From the NCBI RefSeq assembly GCF_009914755.1, contig NC_060935.1: a DNA stretch of 64,000 nt. One strand, written 5' to 3'. Made by a program: the position numbers and the translations under genes. Shown piece after piece: positions 56,326-64,000 of the stretch. Every line of letters starts with the position of its first letter. The first letter of the stretch is position 1. This DNA comes from the human T2T-CHM13v2.0 reference genome, Homo sapiens. Below the pieces are notes generated by a model that saw only the letters and a list, made by a program, of their open reading frames with translations, made no database searches and was not told the origin of the DNA.

Positions 56326-57255
56326 ATCTAGAGTAGAGGCCAGTAATTGTTATTGGAGCTGGAAATTTTTTCCTTGATTTTCTTTGGCAAAGATTCATGT
56401 TTATCTGCTTTTCCACATTCACTGTGGCCAGTCTATGTCTCAGAATTTTTCTTTTTATTTTTGGATACAGGGCCTTGTTGTATTGCCATTCTGGCTGGAG
56501 TGCAGTGGCGCAATCACAGCTCACTGCATAAGGCTCAGATTTGTAAAAAATAAAACATCTACAAACATTATTGAGCTCTTGATATACAACTATAGAAAAG
56601 ATTGTTCCTGCTGTGAGAGGATTATGATATAGGTGGAAAGAGAGTTTATGCTATCTACTTCTCCCTCTGAAAATCCATAGCACTTTTCATTCATTAATTC
56701 ATTCACTTAACAAATATTTGTTGAATGCCTGATACTTGTTATATCAATAGCCTAGACAATTTATGGATTATAGTCTATGATAGAGACATTCAGGGTAGCA
56801 ATAGAAACATAGGTTCTCCTACTCCAACAAGGTAGGTTGGGGGTGTTCAGGAAAAGAGTTGTGTTTTACTACTATATCTCCAACAAGATTAAGTACTTAT
56901 TGAGGATAAATTTTCCATCTCATGTGGCCTTGTACCCTTACATCTGTGTATTTGAAAATTTTGGTTGCTACTCCTTGGTAGTTGTGAAATAAAATTAGTG
57001 GGAACTGAATAGCATTTTATTTTATATTAGTGAAATGGAAGAAAATAAAAAATGTTAGGACATATTGCGCATACTAAGGGTAAGCATTATTTCATGACAG
57101 TTTTGTTTCAGTTATCCATGTAGGTATGGGTGGGGCTACTTGGAGCATATAGCTGTTCTCTTTGTGAGTGTTGGATAGTTGATTAAATGTATACCCCCAT
57201 GTACTAAGATGCAAGGTGGTGTGGTGGAAAGAAATTGGACTTTAAAAAGTGATCA

Positions 57256-57581
<326 letters not shown>

Positions 57582-58856
57582 TCAGCTCTATCATTTACCA
57601 GCTATTTGACTTTGTATATGTTACTTTATCTTTCTTTTTGAGAATTAAATGAAATCATGCATTGATGATGTATCACATATTTTCTAGTTTATCATAGGTT
57701 TTGAATAGTTACGCATATTTTTCTTCCTCCCTTCTCCGGTGGCACTTAAGAGTGAAGTTCATGGAAGGTGGGTAGGGAAGGCCTCTTGAAGTAGGTGGCC
57801 CTTGACTTGTGCCTTGAGGGTAAGGCTATACAGACATTGATTCATGCAGTAGACATTTATAGCATACCTATTCTTAATGGAGAGGAGGGAGGATAATGTA
57901 AACTGAGGCAGAAAACTAAGTGGTTTTGTAAGAGAAGCAATGAATACATTGTCTATAACAGAACGTTTGCGTACAGGAGTTGTGAGCGATAACAACTTAC
58001 ATTTATTATGTGCTTAGTCCTTTACGTATTTTATCTTTTTTAACCCTTACACAACCCCAGCTTATTATCCCCATTTTATAGGTAAGATACCTGAAGGTTA
58101 GAGACATTAAGTGATTCACAAGATTTAGAGCTAGTAAGGAAAAAGACAGGATTCGGTTCTCATTTTTTTTTTTTTTGACTGAAAGACTGAAGGACAGGCT
58201 AAAGGAGCCACTGTTCTGTGTGCGTGCTATTGAGGTTTCTTTTTGAACAAAGGGGTTACAAGTACAAAATGATGCTTTCAGATGCTAAATCTGGTAGCAC
58301 TGGGAAGACCGGATAGAAAAGATTTTTGAGAAATTGATGCAGCAATTTCACTAAGTAGTGGAAAGAGTCAGAACTCCTGTGGAATCTCACCCTGCAATTT
58401 ACTATCAATATGATCTTTAGAAAAATTACCGAATCGCATGGAGCCTTAGTCCCCTTGCTTTGCAGAAGATGATTGTACCCATTTTTTAAGGTCTGTTGTG
58501 AGGAGTTAAATAGGATAATAGTGCATTAATTATGATATATGTCTCTATCTTCTGTTAAAACAGTGGTTTGTATTTAGACTAGTGTAGTACCTCATTAAAT
58601 GCTTAATATATGTCTAAATGAGTGAAGGTATGAATGAATAAGCATATGAATAGTGCGGGAGTGAAGAGATATTTGGCAGGTCTGCCAGAGAAGATGAAAG
58701 GGCAGTTCTAGAGGCATTTTGTGGCAGAATGAACAGGACTTAGAGACCAAGGATATTGGGGCAGTATGAGGACTTCTTTATACTTCTAGGTTGTCAAGTC
58801 AAATTGTTGCAGTTGCCATTATTGCTAGAAATGGAGAAGTTCTAAAGACAAGCTGG

Positions 58857-59511
58857 TGTAGGGACCAATGGAGAGCTTTCCCCTTGGCCCTCTGAAGGTT
58901 CACCAAAAATCACTGACAGGAGGCAGATGGATTAATAGGAGAAAGGGCATGTACCAATTTATTTAACGTGTATACACGGGAGCCTTCAGAATGAAGACCC
59001 AAAAATACAGGGGAAATTATCTGTTTTTATGCTTAGGTTCAACGAAGTATAGACAGCTATGTAGAAATGTGATTGGACAATAATGGTAATAGACTGATTG
59101 GGGAAGCAAGGTCTGTCTGTCTAGATTCTTCTTGGCCTCTCTGTCTAAATTCTTCTTGGCCTCTCTGAGCATTCCTTCTTTTCTTTTGAGTATGGGGCAG
59201 GACCCTCTCTGGAATGGGGGCTTATGACCTACAGTCAAACAAGGTAGGTCAGATAGTTTCTTTATGGCCAGTTTTTACATGGAAAGGCAAAGGGAAAGTT
59301 AGTATGATATTTTAAGTTTTATGGCTGGCTTTGGGGAAAATAGGTTCTGGTTTTTATGACCTGCCTTGGGGAAAATTCTAGTTTCTAAGGCTAGCTCAGG
59401 GGAGAGTGGGACTAGGAGACAGGAGAGCAGGAGAAGGTCAGAAAAAAACTTCTGCTTCTAAGGCTGCTTCTGAGGCCTTCATTTTGGGGTATTGTATTCT
59501 GAGCCCCAACA
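58857..59511 (-). mobile_element. Solo ERV1 LTR, MER39/MER34 family, antisense in TMEM135 intron 1
   Basis: Minus strand begins TGTTGGGGCTCAGAATACAATACCCCAAAATGAAGGCCTCAGAAGC and ends ...CCCTACA. Confidence 0.8.
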
Positions 59512-59720
59512 TGAAGGAAGATTTTTATCAAGAGTGTTTTCTGGAGCCTATAAAATGGGTCTTATGTATCTGCTTTTCATTGGAAACATTATCATGTGTG
59601 TTGTACTAAACTGATTTCTTCATGTCATATTTACTTTCTTGTTCTATACATTTGCCCTCATGCTTCTTTTAATCTTAGTATCTACAACTGTTTAGTCGGT
59701 ATTCATCTTCTACTGTTTAA

Positions 59721-60176
<456 letters not shown>

Positions 60177-60322
60177 TGATATACGGTAACAATGTATGCA
60201 TGTACCAAAAATATATTTTAGAATTTTATATTGTATTTCTTGAATGTTAGTTATTGCTACATATTCTAAATAGGTGGTACCCCTTGCTGCACACATACAT
60301 ATGAAACAGTTATTAAACTGTT

Positions 60323-60633
<311 letters not shown>

Positions 60634-61476
60634 TTAACCCCTAGACTACCACTAAGATTAAGGAAAGCATAAGGCCCTTGTTTTTGTGGCAAATTTAGAA
60701 TATACAGTTGCCCACTTGGGAGTATGGATTCTATGCTGTTGAGATTCTTAGGTACCTTCCCTAAGAAGGAAAACTTGTTCACTAACCTCAGATGGTTCTA
60801 ACACTAAGACCTTTCTTTTCCTAGTTGGTTTTCTTTAGGACCTCTAGATTAAGGTACTGGCATTTACCTTTAGCTGAGTCCAAAGTAGAATCTTTTGCAT
60901 TTTTGGGAAAGAATGATTTTAAAACCTGTTTTTTCACTGACCTTTAGATGTTTAGACTCTTCAGTGGATGAACATGTTTACTCAATATTTACTCCCTTTG
61001 AACCATGTAATCCAACAAATCTGTTAGATTACTAAGGATCAGTTAATCACTTCTAGGCTCTGAATAAACATTTAAGCCAGAGTTGAAATTTCTAGGAATA
61101 AAAAACGGTTTATGGACAGTCTCATTGGTTGCTAAAGGCTTGAAAACCACTGATTGAAGAAATCAGTTCAGTGATACAGACTGAGTGTTTTAAGGCAGTG
61201 AGTGCTTTAGCAAGTTTTCTAGAGGCTACAAGACCAGCAATGAGACTAAAAAGTTTTTGGTAATAGGCATTTGTTTTTGTTTTTGGCTTAAAAAAATAAA
61301 ATAAGAAACCCTGAAGTCATTAAAGAATGTAAACTACTCAGAATATCTGTCTAGATTATCTGAGCTTTGGAGACCGTGGAATTGTAAATCTGTGCATAAT
61401 CCCTCTTTGATTTTTGCTTGAGACCTAACTTATGGGGGTGTAAATAAGGGGCTCACTTTATCTTTCTTTTCAATAA

Positions 61477-61826
<350 letters not shown>

Positions 61827-61906
61827 TCATGTGGTCTTTTTTAAATGAACAATTGAATAATGGGTTTTCCTATTCATTAATGTGACGTTTTGAGTTTGTT
61901 GAAGGT

Positions 61907-62207
61907 GTTTTTATTTTTATTTTTTTGAGACGGAGTCTGGCTTTGTTGCCCAGGCTGGAGTGCGGTGGCGCGATCTAGGCTTACTGCAAGCTGCGCCTCC
62001 CGGGTTCATGCAATTCTCCTGCCTCAGCCTCTCGAGTAGCTGGGACTACAGGTGCCTGCCACCACGCCCAGCTAATTTTTTTGTATTTTTAGTAGAGACG
62101 GGGTTTCACTCTGTTAGCCAGGATGGTCTCGATCTCCTGACCTTGTGATCCGCCCGCCTCGGCCTCCCAAAGTGCTGGGATTACAGGCGTGAGCCACCGC
62201 ACCCGGC
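61907..62207 (-). mobile_element. AluY (intronic, antisense)
   Basis: Y diagnostics; TSD TGAAG(G/T)TGTTTTT. Confidence 0.9.
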
Positions 62208-62989
62208 TGAAGTTGTTTTTATATGTGAGTTCTTGTTATTCTTTGGCTGCTCTCTGTTGAGTACAAACTACAGCCTCTAGCATGTCGCTTCCAGTTGAGA
62301 GGTAAGGGCTTAGTATTGCAGTAAACACTTTCTCAACTCACTGTTTTCTGTAGCAGCTAACTCTGAGTAGAGCAGGCCAATTCTGATTTACCATTATTTG
62401 CCTCTTAGTTGTCATAGATGAGGGATAAAAATACATATTGGTAGAAAGAGACCCACCTGGAGGAATGAGGGAGTCAATTCTACACTAATAATCCCTCTGG
62501 TAACAGATTTTCCATCAGATTGCCTTCATATCCAACTAATTAGTTGATTTTATTGTGATAGAGATTAGTCTGAATAATCAGGCCTTTTATTCATTTTTTA
62601 GAAAACTATGCTTGAACTTTTGACTCTTAAAAACTTTCTTTTCATTATTTGCCAATAAATATTGATGAAATATATGGTGAAGGGGAGACTGATATTTGAT
62701 GATTAGTTTAGTAATATCTGAACCTAGACTATTGGTATTGAAATATTTGTCCCCTATTTGTTTACCAAGTATTTATTGAGTCTGCTATTTGCAGGGTGCT
62801 GTTTGTGGCAGCTGTGTGCTATGTGGTATGGTGAAGAATAAAATGAATGAGACATACTTCTTACATTGAGTTTATAGTTTAGGAGGGGAGATTAGGCACA
62901 TATACTCCTGTAATGCAAATTCATTGAGATAAATGCCATAAGGTACAGATAAAAATAAAAGTAAAGTAGTATATATAACTATTAGATTA

Positions 62990-63300
<311 letters not shown>

Positions 63301-64000
63301 CCAGTAACTCAGTTTTAAAGATGTAAGTTCGAAGGATCAAATAAAGCTGTAAGATTTTAAGCCTTGCTTATTAGGATATGTAGAAGTTAGTGCTGTGGAA
63401 AAAATATTTTCAGTGAAACATACTGGCTTGCTTTGGGACATACTGAGTTTTAATTACCAGTGCGGTATGTAAGTGGAGAATGACCATGAGACATTGAGAA
63501 ATGCAGGGGTAGAGAGAAACTGAGGCTAGAGATTTAGGTTTATATGTCCTAATCCTAGAGATGAAAGTTGAGCCCATGATTATGGGTTAGGTCGACGAGG
63601 GAGAGAGTTTAGAAAGAGAAGACAACCTAGGGAATGCTTATATTTGGAGCAGAGGAAAAGAAAGAAGCAGACAGAGCTGTATGAAGAGATTGAGGTGGTA
63701 GTGTTACTGAGTCTTGAGGTAAAGGAGTTTTGAGAGGTATTGTAAGAGATGGGAAGACCATGGACTTGAATCTCAGTCCTGCCACTTACTGGCATTGTGA
63801 CCTTGAGCAAGGTTCTTAACATTTGTGAACCTCAGTGTCCTCATCTATAAAATGAGGATAAAATACCTATCTATTATCCTTTAAAAATGCAAGTCAGCTT
63901 TTGTTATTCCTCTGCCCATAACTCTCCAGGGACTTTCCAATGCAATACAATGTGAAATCCTCACCATGGCCTTCAGAGCCTTATGTGGTCTATCTGTTGC

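Overview
Human (primate) euchromatic DNA, very Alu-dense. The one protein-coding exon I can support is the first coding exon of TMEM135 (54928-55068, + strand, [47 protein letters not shown]). It lies in a CpG island and is followed by about 9 kb of intron 1; from memory this is 11q14.2, next to FZD4. The upstream ~54 kb is intergenic or lncRNA territory: ~45 Alus, L1/L2/MIR remnants, three solo ERV1 LTRs, MaLR pieces and MITEs. It also holds a near full-length HNRNPC (C1 isoform) processed pseudogene, inserted in an L1 ORF2 endonuclease region and itself interrupted by an Alu. Nearly all ORFs in the supplied track are Alu/L1 artefacts. I find no evidence of a new multi-gene system. The most unusual signals are: (1) a mosaic of short direct and inverted duplications of local sequence at 6.8-11.0 kb that looks like a fossil template-switching event; (2) three Alus inserted serially at one site inside a host Alu; (3) templated-insertion and fold-back scars inside Alus; (4) a compact DR8/DR4/DR1 nuclear-receptor array at the TMEM135 promoter; (5) a young AluYa-lineage insertion. 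Repeat subfamily names come from recalled consensus sequences, and boundaries are approximate unless target-site duplications (TSDs) are quoted.
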